Source: a virus (taxonomy: Duplodnaviria; Caudoviricetes). Taken from it: a DNA stretch of 56,241 bases. Both the position numbers and the translations under genes were made by a program. Numbering within the stretch: the stretch's first letter is position 1; every line of letters begins with the position of its first letter. Where the stretch lies: positions 1 through 56,241 of the IMG/VR virus record IMGVR_UViG_3300005764_001667; one strand, given 5' to 3'. Below are positions 9,828-19,115 of this stretch, one piece after another. The notes under the pieces were generated by a model. It had not been told where the DNA came from, did no database searches, and saw nothing but the letters and a program-made list of their open reading frames with translations.

Positions 9828-10333
9828 GACTTCTCTCCCGTCTGGTACGCCGCCGCGTCCTTCACGATCTCGTCCACCCGCTCGTCCAGATCGTGCGAGT
9901 AAAACCCCAGGTTCAGCTTCTCCATCTCCTTGCGCATGAAGTGGCCCCGGTTGTTGGCCTGTTCGCGGGCGGCGTGGAGCGCCTGTAAGTGATTGTACAG
10001 CAAGGACTTATTGTTGCGAGCGGCAATGGCAATCTCTCTGGCCTGGTGGTATTCCAGTTCGCCTTTCGCCCACATTTCGGCGCTTTTGTCGCTTTTGCCT
10101 TCTTCCTTCCAGTAGCGGAATTTTTGGGCATACATAGATTCTACTTCGCGCTCCCGCAGTAAGTAAAGTGCTTCGGCGTCAGCGAGTGCGCGACCGATGT
10201 AGTCGATGCGTCCCGACACCCGCTCGAAGAACTCATGCAGGTTCCGGTCGTTGAACTTCAGGTCCGCCGGGTCCATGACCACCGTTTCGTCACCCAGCTT
10301 GATTTCCCGTTTGTCAGAAAGCTTGCTCATCAC
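9824..10333 (-). CDS. UvsY-like recombination mediator
   Basis: Helical ~170 aa, 'KSDKSAE...EY' pattern, adjacent to helicase. Confidence 0.5.
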   Translation of the reverse strand: MMSKLSDKREIKLGDETVVMDPADLKFNDRNLHEFFERVSGRIDYIGRALADAEALYLLREREVESMYAQKFRYWKEEGKSDKSAEMWAKGELEYHQAREIAIAARNNKSLLYNHLQALHAAREQANNRGHFMRKEMEKLNLGFYSHDLDERVDEIVKDAAAYQTGEKS

Positions 10334-11841
10334 ATCCCCTCCCCGTAGGCCGGCGTTTCTTCGCCGTCGCCGCCCTTGAACTTCGGCTTCACCCGGTCGA
10401 TGGGCACGTCTTCCGCCGTCTTGCCCATCATGTCGTGGTATTTACAACGCCAGTTGTGTTCCTTGATCTGGAACATATCCAAAATATCATAGTTGAAGGC
10501 AACCCAGAACGGGAAACGACTTTTGCCCCGCCGGTGCTTGATGACAAAACCCCGCCCGATGCCGGCCTTCTTCTCGTCCGTCAACTGGTTGATACTCCAG
10601 AATCCGTCCAGAGGTTTGTACTGGTCGAAACTGGCACCGATGTTGCCCTCGTCAATATATTCGGTGATGGTCAGTTCGGCGGCGGTCTTGTTGGGCTGGA
10701 CGCAGGTAAACGTGCAGTGGTTGTCCTCCACACCGAAGCCGCGCAGGTCGCGGAGGATTTCGTAACGGCTCTGCCAGGTCGGCTTGCCGGGAGCGTCCCG
10801 CATCTCCCCGATGTAGTCAATGATGAGCAGGTCCGGCTTGAAACCGTACAGTTGAAGCTGGGCGCAATAGGCACGGATCATATTCACGTCCATGCTCCCG
10901 CCTGGGAACTGCCGAATTATAAGGCGGTTGGGGTTTTCATATGCCTTCATCCAGTCATGAACGTGTTCAACAATATCGTCCTTGTGCTGAAACAGGTGGT
11001 TGATGGGCTTGAACGCGAACTGCGCGGTGAACCGCTCGCCAATGCCAACCTCGTCCATTTCCAGGGTGATATAGAGAACCTTGTGCCCGTTGAGAACATT
11101 CTGGACTGCGGCTTTTACGAGGGCCAGCGATTTGCCGACGCCCGGCATACCGATCCACGAGTAAATTTCGCCGCGCTTGGCACCGCCCCCGGCGATGGCG
11201 TCGTCAATGGCCTGGAACCCGGAAGTGAAACGCTCCTTGCCGTCCTCGTCAGCCTTCATCCGCTCGAACATTTCCTCGATCTTGGGGAAATACTCCAGAC
11301 CGACCTCGAAGGAGCGGTCCACCAACATGGCCTCACGGACCATCTCGTAGACCTTGCTCCAGGTGGCATCTTCTTCGGGGGCCTTTTTGATTTCCTCCAG
11401 GGAATTGGCGAAGGCGACCTTTAGGGCCTGGGCCTTGGCGAAGACCGTGAGCTTGTCCAGCAGTACGTCGCGGGTAGCCAAGCCGGGAACGAAGAACTCG
11501 TAGACCGAGTTGAGTTCGGAAATAAAGTACAGCTTAACCGCGTCGTCCTTCTCCCGTATTTCCGACTTCAACTCCTCCATCATGATAAAACGTTCGGGCA
11601 GGCTGCGGTACTTCTGGAACAGGCGGAAAAGAATGCGGCAGACCAGGGCATGGACTTCGTTGGAGAAGTAGTCGGGTTTGACGAGGCTCTGGCTTTGCAA
11701 CAGGAAGAAACGGTCGGTGAGGAGCATTCCGAGGAGCCGGCGCTGGAAATTGTCGTCCCAGGCGTAGCGAGGCTTTTTGAGAACGTCGGGGTCGATGAGC
11801 GTGTCCAGAATCGCTTGTTGTTTATCGTTCAGTTCCCTCAT
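10330..11841 (-). CDS. replicative DNA helicase (DnaB/T4 gp41-like)
   Basis: GMPGVGKS Walker A, YITLEM, LLIIDY, KHRRG. Confidence 0.92.
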   Translation of the reverse strand: MRELNDKQQAILDTLIDPDVLKKPRYAWDDNFQRRLLGMLLTDRFFLLQSQSLVKPDYFSNEVHALVCRILFRLFQKYRSLPERFIMMEELKSEIREKDDAVKLYFISELNSVYEFFVPGLATRDVLLDKLTVFAKAQALKVAFANSLEEIKKAPEEDATWSKVYEMVREAMLVDRSFEVGLEYFPKIEEMFERMKADEDGKERFTSGFQAIDDAIAGGGAKRGEIYSWIGMPGVGKSLALVKAAVQNVLNGHKVLYITLEMDEVGIGERFTAQFAFKPINHLFQHKDDIVEHVHDWMKAYENPNRLIIRQFPGGSMDVNMIRAYCAQLQLYGFKPDLLIIDYIGEMRDAPGKPTWQSRYEILRDLRGFGVEDNHCTFTCVQPNKTAAELTITEYIDEGNIGASFDQYKPLDGFWSINQLTDEKKAGIGRGFVIKHRRGKSRFPFWVAFNYDILDMFQIKEHNWRCKYHDMMGKTAEDVPIDRVKPKFKGGDGEETPAYGEGM

Positions 11842-12373
11842 AGATGTCCTCCATAAAAGGTTGTTTCATTCCAATCCGCACCCCGACTTGATGCCGTTGC
11901 CGGCCACGGCTGGGGCCGTGATCGCGGACCACCCACCGGCGCACGTCGCCCATCATGAGCGGGATGATGAGGCGAAGGTTGGGCATCAGCCGCTTGTCGT
12001 CCTGCACCGTCATCCAGTCGTACCAGCCGATCTGTTCGCACTCGCCGTCGCGGGGCTGGATTTTCTGGGCGTAATAAACGTCCTCCTTGACGCAGTACAC
12101 AGTGCAGTCGTCACAGTCGATCTTGCCCATCAGCTTGGTGTCGATATAGGCAATGGCCGGGTCATATTCACAGATCGGCTCCAGGCCCGCCTCCTCCTTC
12201 AACTCCCGCACGGCGGCATCCAGTATAGATTCACCCGGCTCCACTTTTCCGCCGGGGAGGTTGAGGCACCCCTTCTGCCAGGCGGGCTTCTGCTTCTCGA
12301 TGAGCAGGACGTTGCGCCAGTAGGGGTCGTTGATGGGGTTGGCGTACACCACGACATATTCAGGCTTATTCAT
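11822..12373 (-). CDS. NUDIX hydrolase
   Basis: Nudix box GGKVEPGE...AAVRELKEEAGL. Confidence 0.92.
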   Translation of the reverse strand: MNKPEYVVVYANPINDPYWRNVLLIEKQKPAWQKGCLNLPGGKVEPGESILDAAVRELKEEAGLEPICEYDPAIAYIDTKLMGKIDCDDCTVYCVKEDVYYAQKIQPRDGECEQIGWYDWMTVQDDKRLMPNLRLIIPLMMGDVRRWVVRDHGPSRGRQRHQVGVRIGMKQPFMEDIYEGTER

Positions 12374-12442
12374 TTCACTACCTTTATTTCAAGGTGCCGG
12401 GCACTTGGGTTTATGGTGACATTATGTCGTAAGCCTCGGCAC

Positions 12443-12817
12443 CTATATTTCAATTTCAATAACTTTCTTCTGAGCTTGGTACTGCACGATCTTGGGCGGC
12501 TTGCGGCGCATGGGCGGGATGTTCACCCACCACTGCTCGGACAGCCAGCAGAAGTCTTCCTGGCCGAACCCCTCCTCCGGCGCATCGACGTGTTCGATCA
12601 GGTCGCCGTGGACCACGCCCACGAAATAAGCCCCTTTGGGCACTTCCGGGTTGGACGAAGCCGACGTGCAGGCCAGGAAGCCGCCCTTGTGGTTTTGGAA
12701 CACGTCAAAGCCACGAGTGTCCGCCTCAAAATTCGACCAGAACGCAAATTGCTGGGACATATTCCCTCCGTGGAAATAAAAGGCGGTGGTGACCGTGCCC
12801 ACATCCAATTCCCCCAC
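12443..12817 (-). CDS. hypothetical protein
   Basis: ORF; true start probably MSQQFAF after GGAGG. Confidence 0.5.
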   Translation of the reverse strand: MGELDVGTVTTAFYFHGGNMSQQFAFWSNFEADTRGFDVFQNHKGGFLACTSASSNPEVPKGAYFVGVVHGDLIEHVDAPEEGFGQEDFCWLSEQWWVNIPPMRRKPPKIVQYQAQKKVIEIEI

Positions 12818-12843
12818 ACGGCCACCACCGCACTTTTAGCATT

Positions 12844-13542
12844 TTATTCGATAACGGGACGTGACTCAAGGCGGTTTGCGGCGACCTTGCAGCACAGATC
12901 AATAAAGTAGTCCAACCCGAACTTATACTTCATCATGTTGATGTGCTTGTGGACCCAATGGATATTGGTCGGGGTATACCCCTTCCTGCTGTCGATGCGG
13001 TCCAACGAGGCTGTCTGCGGTTTGGAAAACGAGAGCGGGAGTCCACTGATCTGGCACCGGCCACCCTGCTTCTCAAATAAGGCCAAAGCCTGCTCCTCGG
13101 AAATCTCCCAGGAAATATCCCTTGCTTCCGCTTGGCGTATGGTTTTATACCACCAGACTTCGGGGATAACCTTTGTCTGCATCTTCTTTTTATGGCCACA
13201 GTCGAAGCAACACCGGGACGCACCTTTGATGAGGTTGCCCCCGGAGACAGTACACTCCTTTCCGCACTGGCATCGACAAAGCCAGATCGTGTGATGATGG
13301 GCGTCCACACCCAACGGTTCTAAGACTTCCCACTGGTAAAAGTGCCGACCCTTCAGCTTAGACCGTTTGCATTTCGTGCATTGTTTGGTCCGGCCCGCAG
13401 CCACCGCCGATGCTGCCAGACTCTTTTCAGCACCGCATTGGCACTGGCACCAATACCGCCTGCGCCGCCGCTCATCCACTCGGTCAAACCGCAGCACCGT
13501 CCAACAATGATACTCCCGACCAATTTCCAAAATCGTCTTCAT
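12844..13542 (-). mobile_element. HNH-type homing endonuclease
   Basis: Two tandem WxCxCxCG repeats plus SLDRIDS.KGY...N..WV...IN.MK. Confidence 0.85.
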
Positions 13543-13576
13543 AATAACCTCCGTGTCATTATATATGAGTACGACA

Positions 13577-14158
13577 TCAGGAACCAGTGGAAACTAGGTA
13601 GTCATATTCACTCAAAGACACCTGCCCGCTTCTAAGCGGTTTTTCGCGGGTGATGCGCTTGCCCATGCTGCGCTGGGCATTCCAGATAATCTGTTTGCAG
13701 TAGGTTGCGAACTTGGGATCGAGACGGAGGCGTTGGCGGCGGGAGGGTCGGAAGGGCTTGGGAACGACGGTTCGCATTATCAGCCTGAGCAGCCGCTCCT
13801 GATGACCGCCGTATTTCTGGCGGTTGGCACCGTGACGGGTGCGGTTGTTCCAGAGTTCTTGCAGTTCGGAGAGCAGGTGGACCAGGAAGGGGTCTATAGC
13901 GAACCGCTTACACACTTCCAAGGACCGCTCGATATAGACCTGGCGCTTGTAGTAGGAGCCGGCCCGAATTACCGAGAACAGGAGTTCCTGCTGGAAGTCG
14001 TCTATGTCGTTCTGGTGGTTGTTTTTGGTGTTCTTGCGGGAGAGTTGCCAAGCGGCGTAGTAGCAAAGTTGACCGAAAGCCTTCTCCAGTTCCGCGAATT
14101 CTTCCTCAAGAATCGGGAACGCTTCTAATACTGTCTTCATTCGTTGCCTTTCTTCCAA
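13577..14158 (-). CDS. sigma-70 region-2-like protein
   Basis: DDFQQELLFSVIRA...KFATYCKQIIWN resembles D.xQE...A / F.TYA...I; no region 4. Confidence 0.5.
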   Translation of the reverse strand: MEERQRMKTVLEAFPILEEEFAELEKAFGQLCYYAAWQLSRKNTKNNHQNDIDDFQQELLFSVIRAGSYYKRQVYIERSLEVCKRFAIDPFLVHLLSELQELWNNRTRHGANRQKYGGHQERLLRLIMRTVVPKPFRPSRRQRLRLDPKFATYCKQIIWNAQRSMGKRITREKPLRSGQVSLSEYDYLVSTGS

Positions 14159-15437
14159 TTGATTTCAGTTTGTTGAGGGAACGCCCCGCCTTGCAGTTCA
14201 CCTTCAAGCCCAAACCAGGGCACAGTTCGCTCTCCGATTCCAATATCCCCTTGGCCGTCTTGTAGACCGACTGCCAGGTGCCTTTGGTCGCCAGAACAAC
14301 GTAGCCGTCGTGTATGTGGAAAGCCACGGTTACACTCCTGTGAAGTTGAATCAGCTTATCGAGACAGATGGTCGATGCAGGTGCTTGCACCACAAAGTTG
14401 CGCACCAGATATGCCTTGTCCGGGAACTCCCGGCGTCGGCCAAAGTAATCCTTGGCGGTTCGGTGGACCTCAACCTCCCCCTGGATGTTGTCCACCCACC
14501 CCGTCGCCTGCGGAAATAAATCGTACACGCGGCTGACAATTGCCTGGGCGGTGTCGAACGCGATATTCAATTTTTCCGCGAGGGCGTTGGGCGACTGTCC
14601 GTATATAGTCGGCAGAAAGAACTTTTTCGCAATGTCGCGGTCCTCGCACTTCTTCCCAACGACGATCTCGAAAACGGCGGTGTAGAAGTCCGGCGCAGAT
14701 TTCAATATTTCGCCCAGCCGCTCGTCGCCGGAGAGCCACTGGAGCATCGCCACTTCCATGTTCTTGAAATCGAAATACAGGAATATTTCGTCCAGCCCCG
14801 GCGGCGTGATATTCTCGCGGTCCTCGGCGCTCAGGGCGTGGGGCACGAACCCCAGGGCGAACGCCTTGTCGCACTTCAGGCGACCGTTCTCCTGGCCGTC
14901 GATCTGGTAGTGGGCATGAACGGGACTCTGAAGGCGCAGGTCAAGCAGTCGCCGCGTCTCCAGGGCGGGAATAACCGTGGTCAACAGAGGCAGGTGGATT
15001 CGTTTATAGACCTTCTGCACGCCGTCCCAGAGGCCGCTATTGAAGATGGCCCGCACGCGGCCTAGAGCCTGGGCCAGTGAGTCCGGTGCCAGCTTGGCGA
15101 TGCCCAGGTAGCTCTCGATGATCTTCAGGTCGATGAGCGCACCCTCGGCCTTGAAGTCCTTGCCGCCGTAGTAGCGGAGGTAGCTGAACAGACTTTTCAA
15201 ATTCCAGCCGATCACCTTGCGCCCGGCACCGAAGATCGAGAACTGGAGGATGCTCCACAACACCAGCACGTTTTCCTTGTCCAGACTGACCCGGACCTCG
15301 TTGCCTTCTTGACCGCAGACCACTACTTCAGCCTTACCAGAAGTCGTGAAGTCCAAGACCTCCGGCTTCTGATAAATGAAGACGGTCTGCCCCTTGGCAA
15401 CATCTGCCAACATCGCCGCTACTGACATAAAGCTCAT
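14106..15437 (-). CDS. family A DNA polymerase (compact, no clear exonuclease)
   Basis: GRL, motif A DFKNMEV, motif B RDIAKKFFLPTIYG, FGRRR, N..VQ, motif C HD. Confidence 0.88.
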   Translation of the reverse strand: MSFMSVAAMLADVAKGQTVFIYQKPEVLDFTTSGKAEVVVCGQEGNEVRVSLDKENVLVLWSILQFSIFGAGRKVIGWNLKSLFSYLRYYGGKDFKAEGALIDLKIIESYLGIAKLAPDSLAQALGRVRAIFNSGLWDGVQKVYKRIHLPLLTTVIPALETRRLLDLRLQSPVHAHYQIDGQENGRLKCDKAFALGFVPHALSAEDRENITPPGLDEIFLYFDFKNMEVAMLQWLSGDERLGEILKSAPDFYTAVFEIVVGKKCEDRDIAKKFFLPTIYGQSPNALAEKLNIAFDTAQAIVSRVYDLFPQATGWVDNIQGEVEVHRTAKDYFGRRREFPDKAYLVRNFVVQAPASTICLDKLIQLHRSVTVAFHIHDGYVVLATKGTWQSVYKTAKGILESESELCPGLGLKVNCKAGRSLNKLKSIGRKATNEDSIRSVPDS

Positions 15438-15566
15438 GATCGGAACCAGGCGGAATGATGTACCCAGCCCCAATGTAAACATTCTACTCAGCCGACACAA
15501 TGCAGGTATTATACGCGCTTCTTAATGCGCAGACCGGGGGGCGGACTTAATGGGATGCCACTGATG

Positions 15567-15600
15567 TGAAGGGAGAAGAATATCAGTTCTTCTCCCTTCA
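15567..15600. repeat. perfect 14-bp inverted repeat
   Basis: tgaagggagaagaa-N6-ttcttctcccttca. Confidence 0.9.
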
Positions 15601-16040
15601 ACTAGGGGTCCATTAAGCTTAGCCCACGAGATGGGGCTGGACTGAACGAAGCACTCAGATCATTCGCTTCGAGAAGCAAAAGATATGGCAGCTTGCTAAA
15701 ATCAACTCCCTCTGGCTGTCCGTTAGGAACTGCGCCCTCGTCCGCTTTTTGAGGGCGGAAGGAGTGATAACTTACACTGCCTCGCCGGAAGTACCAGCGC
15801 CCCGTAGCCTGGGTGACTTTACACACCGTTATTGCGCGCCGAAGGATAAACCTCCGGGTGCATGGTTCAACATGCACCGTGCCGGCGTAGTTTCTTGAAG
15901 GCCGTTGCAGGAGTGCATCTGCGCAGGCCAACCGGACGGTGGGAGTTGCTGGTGCCCGTTGAGAAACATGGGCGTCGCGCCAAAAGGCGGAAAGGTAGTT
16001 AAAGGCTGTTCGGGCACCACTTGATCCCCCACTTGGTCAT
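15567..16040 (-). ncRNA. candidate ~470-nt structured non-coding element
   Basis: Largest stretch without a credible gene; TATAAT at 16046-16051 (-); multiple hairpins (ggtgcatg/catgcacc, tggtgcccg/cgggcacca). Confidence 0.35.
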
Positions 16041-16227
16041 CGGCTATTATAGCAGGTCTGGAGGCCGGCGCAAGGGGAATATCATGAATTGGCGACGATT
16101 TAATGCCCGTCGAAAAGAAGAACGCGCTGCCCGTCGCAAGGAAAAGGTGCGTGAGATCAACGCGGTGGCTGCCAAAGAAAAGCGCCTGTTGCCGGAGAAC
16201 GAGGTCGAAACGATCTTCAAACTGCTG

Positions 16228-16731
16228 CTAAACATACCCAGCCAAGGCCGCGACCTTCCCGAACCGCCGCCGTAATTCGCTCTGGGTGCTTAGGTGATAC
16301 TCGTGGCTGTGCAGGGTACGACGCCCACTGAGCCAATATGCAAGAAGGCGGTGGTGGCCATCACGGACCTGAAACGCACCGTCTGGGCAACGAGCGAGGG
16401 CGATCTGGGGTAATGGGTCGCCACGGGCGATGGAATCCATCATCCCCGGAATCTGGTGCCGGCGGAACAGGTGGTCCTGGGACACCCAAATATCGGCAAT
16501 GATAATCGACTCAACGGGATCGAACAAGTCCTGTTCGATCCTGCCGAAGCGTTTGACAGGCCGACCCGACGATTGAATGACGATGCTGGGCGTTATCAGC
16601 GCCGGCACCGGGGTGGTGGGTGGTAAGGGTAATGGCAAGGGCGGGAGCTTGATCGGCGGCGCAGGCGATAGGACGCGGCCCCAGACATCCTGGCGACGAA
16701 GGGTGCTGCGGATGACCCTGGTGGTTTGCAT
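16228..16731 (-). CDS. ParB/Srx-like domain protein
   Basis: P.I.L...FQVRDGHHRLLAY. Confidence 0.6.
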   Translation of the reverse strand: MQTTRVIRSTLRRQDVWGRVLSPAPPIKLPPLPLPLPPTTPVPALITPSIVIQSSGRPVKRFGRIEQDLFDPVESIIIADIWVSQDHLFRRHQIPGMMDSIARGDPLPQIALARCPDGAFQVRDGHHRLLAYWLSGRRTLHSHEYHLSTQSELRRRFGKVAALAGYV

Positions 16732-16758
16732 AAGTTCCTCCGGGTGTATATATACACC

Positions 16759-16989
16759 ATGCAGTCCTTCGAGCAGTTCACCGAGGCCAAAGACTCCAGT
16801 TCAAAAATCAAGGCAATGACCACGCTGGTCCACGCCCTCAAGGACGTTTTTGGAAAATATGACCTGCCGACGCGGCGGCACATCTGGGAGAAGCTGACTA
16901 GCAAACGCGGCCAGGAACTCGTGCATAAAATCCTCCGCTATCCCGGCACCTACTTGTCGGACAGCGAGTTCAGGAAGCTGGTTGATTGA
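16759..16989 (+). CDS. small protein with CTS-like N terminus
   Basis: MQSFEQFTEA, preceded by TATATA. Confidence 0.55.
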   Translation: MQSFEQFTEAKDSSSKIKAMTTLVHALKDVFGKYDLPTRRHIWEKLTSKRGQELVHKILRYPGTYLSDSEFRKLVD

Positions 16990-17012
16990 TGGGTCATTTA
17001 TAAACAAATCCT

Positions 17013-17020
17013 TATAAATA
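17013..17020 (+). promoter_or_regulatory. T4-type late promoter consensus TATAAATA
   Basis: Exact match in an AT-rich intergenic region upstream of ORF 17075. Confidence 0.45.
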
Positions 17021-17074
17021 TTCCCGAAATCTTTTCGCAAAAGATTTGGGTGTCAAACTGGCAGGGTGGGCAAA

Positions 17075-17749
17075 ATGGACAACAACATTCTTGACGTGGC
17101 CGAGTATTATGGCATGGACGCCGACCAGGCCAAGGCGTTCCAACTGTGCCACATCTGGCTGGAAACCTCCCGCAAAGTGTTCCCGGATTATAAACACTAC
17201 CGGATGCCCAAGAAGGGCGACCCGCGTAAGTCCATGCTCTGGAAGCTCTGCTATAAACTCGTCCGCGAAACCAAGGGCCTCATTGAAGACCAGGATTACC
17301 AACTTTATATTCGGGCGCAACTCGATATTCTGAAAGCAATTACGGACGGCAAGGAGCATCCCCTCGTGGACCCGCAGATATTAGTGGGGAACAAGGCGTG
17401 GGTGCGCTGGCGCATTTGGAAAAAGAAGTACGATGCCAAGGTGAAGGTCTTGGCCAACGAGTCGGCACCGGCGGTCAGCAAGATCAAGGAGGCGATGGAG
17501 CGGACCAAGGCGTTCCTGTTCAAGCATTTCCGAGGGCAGCCGACTTTGCAGATGATGCAGGAGGCGGCGGGCAACAAGAACCTGCTTCGGTGGGCGAGCG
17601 ATAAGCGTTTAAGCGCATATTATTTGGCCAATAGCGAATATATTTCAAAAATATTTCCCAACGGTATGGGGATAAATGTGGATTTTGACGTGTACCGGAC
17701 GCCGGAGGCGGCGGCGATATACGGCGAGGTCTTTGGGTACGAGAAATAA
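17075..17749 (+). CDS. hypothetical protein
   Basis: 224-aa ORF ending at a terminator. Confidence 0.75.
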   Translation: MDNNILDVAEYYGMDADQAKAFQLCHIWLETSRKVFPDYKHYRMPKKGDPRKSMLWKLCYKLVRETKGLIEDQDYQLYIRAQLDILKAITDGKEHPLVDPQILVGNKAWVRWRIWKKKYDAKVKVLANESAPAVSKIKEAMERTKAFLFKHFRGQPTLQMMQEAAGNKNLLRWASDKRLSAYYLANSEYISKIFPNGMGINVDFDVYRTPEAAAIYGEVFGYEK

Positions 17750-17781
17750 AAAGGCCGGCGGAACAAGTCCGCCGGCCTTTT
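17749..17781. terminator. bidirectional terminator
   Basis: aaaaggccggcgga/tccgccggcctttt between convergent genes. Confidence 0.85.
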
Positions 17782-17805
17782 GGCAGTTGGGATATTGCGG
17801 GGCGG

Positions 17806-18996
17806 TTAGCTCAGGTCGATGTCGCCCTGCTTGGCCTTGGCCACGAGTTCCTTGTGGAGATCGACGTACAGCTTGTTCATCTGCTCGTCGTTCTTCACGG
17901 CCACCAAGTCGCGCACCTTGCACTCGCGGACGGCCTTGAGCGCCGAGTTGAGGATGCTGGCGAACGACTTGTGCTTCATCTCCGGGTGCTTCTTGGTGAC
18001 CTTCTCGGTCACGGTCTTGAGGGTGGCGTCCGGCTTCTTCAGGTCTTCAAGCACGTCCTTACCGGCGTGCTGGACGAGCTTGGCGATGTCACGGACCCCA
18101 CGGGTCTTGTCCGTGACCTTCTCGGCTTTCTTGCCGTTGTCCGACTCGACCTGGCCCGCCATGATGGACACGAAGTCCGCCTCGCGGCCCTCGTCCACGA
18201 TCTTGCGGAGCTTGGGCTTGCGCTCCAGTTCCTCGAAGCTGGGCAACAGCTTGTCGGGGTTGGTCAGGCGGTCCTTGGCCGGCTTGTCCTTCTCGTCGGC
18301 CTTGAGCTTGCGGAGGCGGTCGTAGGCGCGGAGCTTCTGCTTCACCAGGGTCTTGCTCAGGCCCAGGAACTCCGCGATCCACTCGGCGCTGCGGCGGTAC
18401 TCGTTGTGGAGGCGGGACAGGTAGCGGGCGTTGCTGGACGGCGACCAGCCCTTCATGCCCGCGCCGCCGCCCTCGTGGCGGATCGTGCCGTGGCCGATGG
18501 AGCCGATGAAGTAATCCCACTCCTCGCGGGTGGTGTCGTCAGGCAGTTCGATGCAGGTCATCTTGGCGAACTTGGCCCGCTCCGACTCGTTCTCGCTTTT
18601 GTTGAGGACGCCGTACACGGCCCACCGGCGGTTGCCCTCCCACACCGTCCAGAACCCCGGACGGTTGCGGATGCGCTGGACGTAGATGGGGACAGTGTGA
18701 CCGCCCGCCGTGCGGATCGCGTCGTAGAGTTTCTTGCCTTCCTCGTCCTCCATGAACACGTCCTGATACCAGTCCGTCTCGTGGGCCTTGGGCGGGCCAC
18801 CGTTCTCCTCGATCTTGTCGAGGATGCGGTCGTTCAGGGCGTTGGGAACGAGATTCGCCCAGGGAATCTCCTTCACCGTGCTGGGCTGAACGCGGAGGAT
18901 GACGTTGACGGGGAGGGTCGCGCCAACGGTCAGTTCGTTGACTTTGACCTGGGGCACCCCGTCGTTGCCCTGCCGATTGCGTTTCTTGGTACTCAT
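17806..18996 (-). CDS. ParB/Srx N-terminal domain protein with HTH
   Basis: PIYV...VWEGNRRWA; HTH-like 'AEWIAEFLGLSKTLV'; SD GGAGG; strong GC3 bias. Confidence 0.7.
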   Translation of the reverse strand: MSTKKRNRQGNDGVPQVKVNELTVGATLPVNVILRVQPSTVKEIPWANLVPNALNDRILDKIEENGGPPKAHETDWYQDVFMEDEEGKKLYDAIRTAGGHTVPIYVQRIRNRPGFWTVWEGNRRWAVYGVLNKSENESERAKFAKMTCIELPDDTTREEWDYFIGSIGHGTIRHEGGGAGMKGWSPSSNARYLSRLHNEYRRSAEWIAEFLGLSKTLVKQKLRAYDRLRKLKADEKDKPAKDRLTNPDKLLPSFEELERKPKLRKIVDEGREADFVSIMAGQVESDNGKKAEKVTDKTRGVRDIAKLVQHAGKDVLEDLKKPDATLKTVTEKVTKKHPEMKHKSFASILNSALKAVRECKVRDLVAVKNDEQMNKLYVDLHKELVAKAKQGDIDLS

Positions 18997-19115
18997 CGCT
19001 GAGCCTCCAGAAATTGGGAAAAGTGTGGCTAATGCTGATCCGATAGTACGTCGCAGCCGGAAGTTCGTCAACCCAATTTTCCCCAATTTTTGTGGAAGTA
19101 TGGACAATTTTCTAG

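Noticed and set aside
15500-16050. tmRNA, group II intron or CRISPR array
   Set aside because: No tRNA-like ends, domain V signature or repeat-spacer periodicity; no CRISPR array seen anywhere in the window
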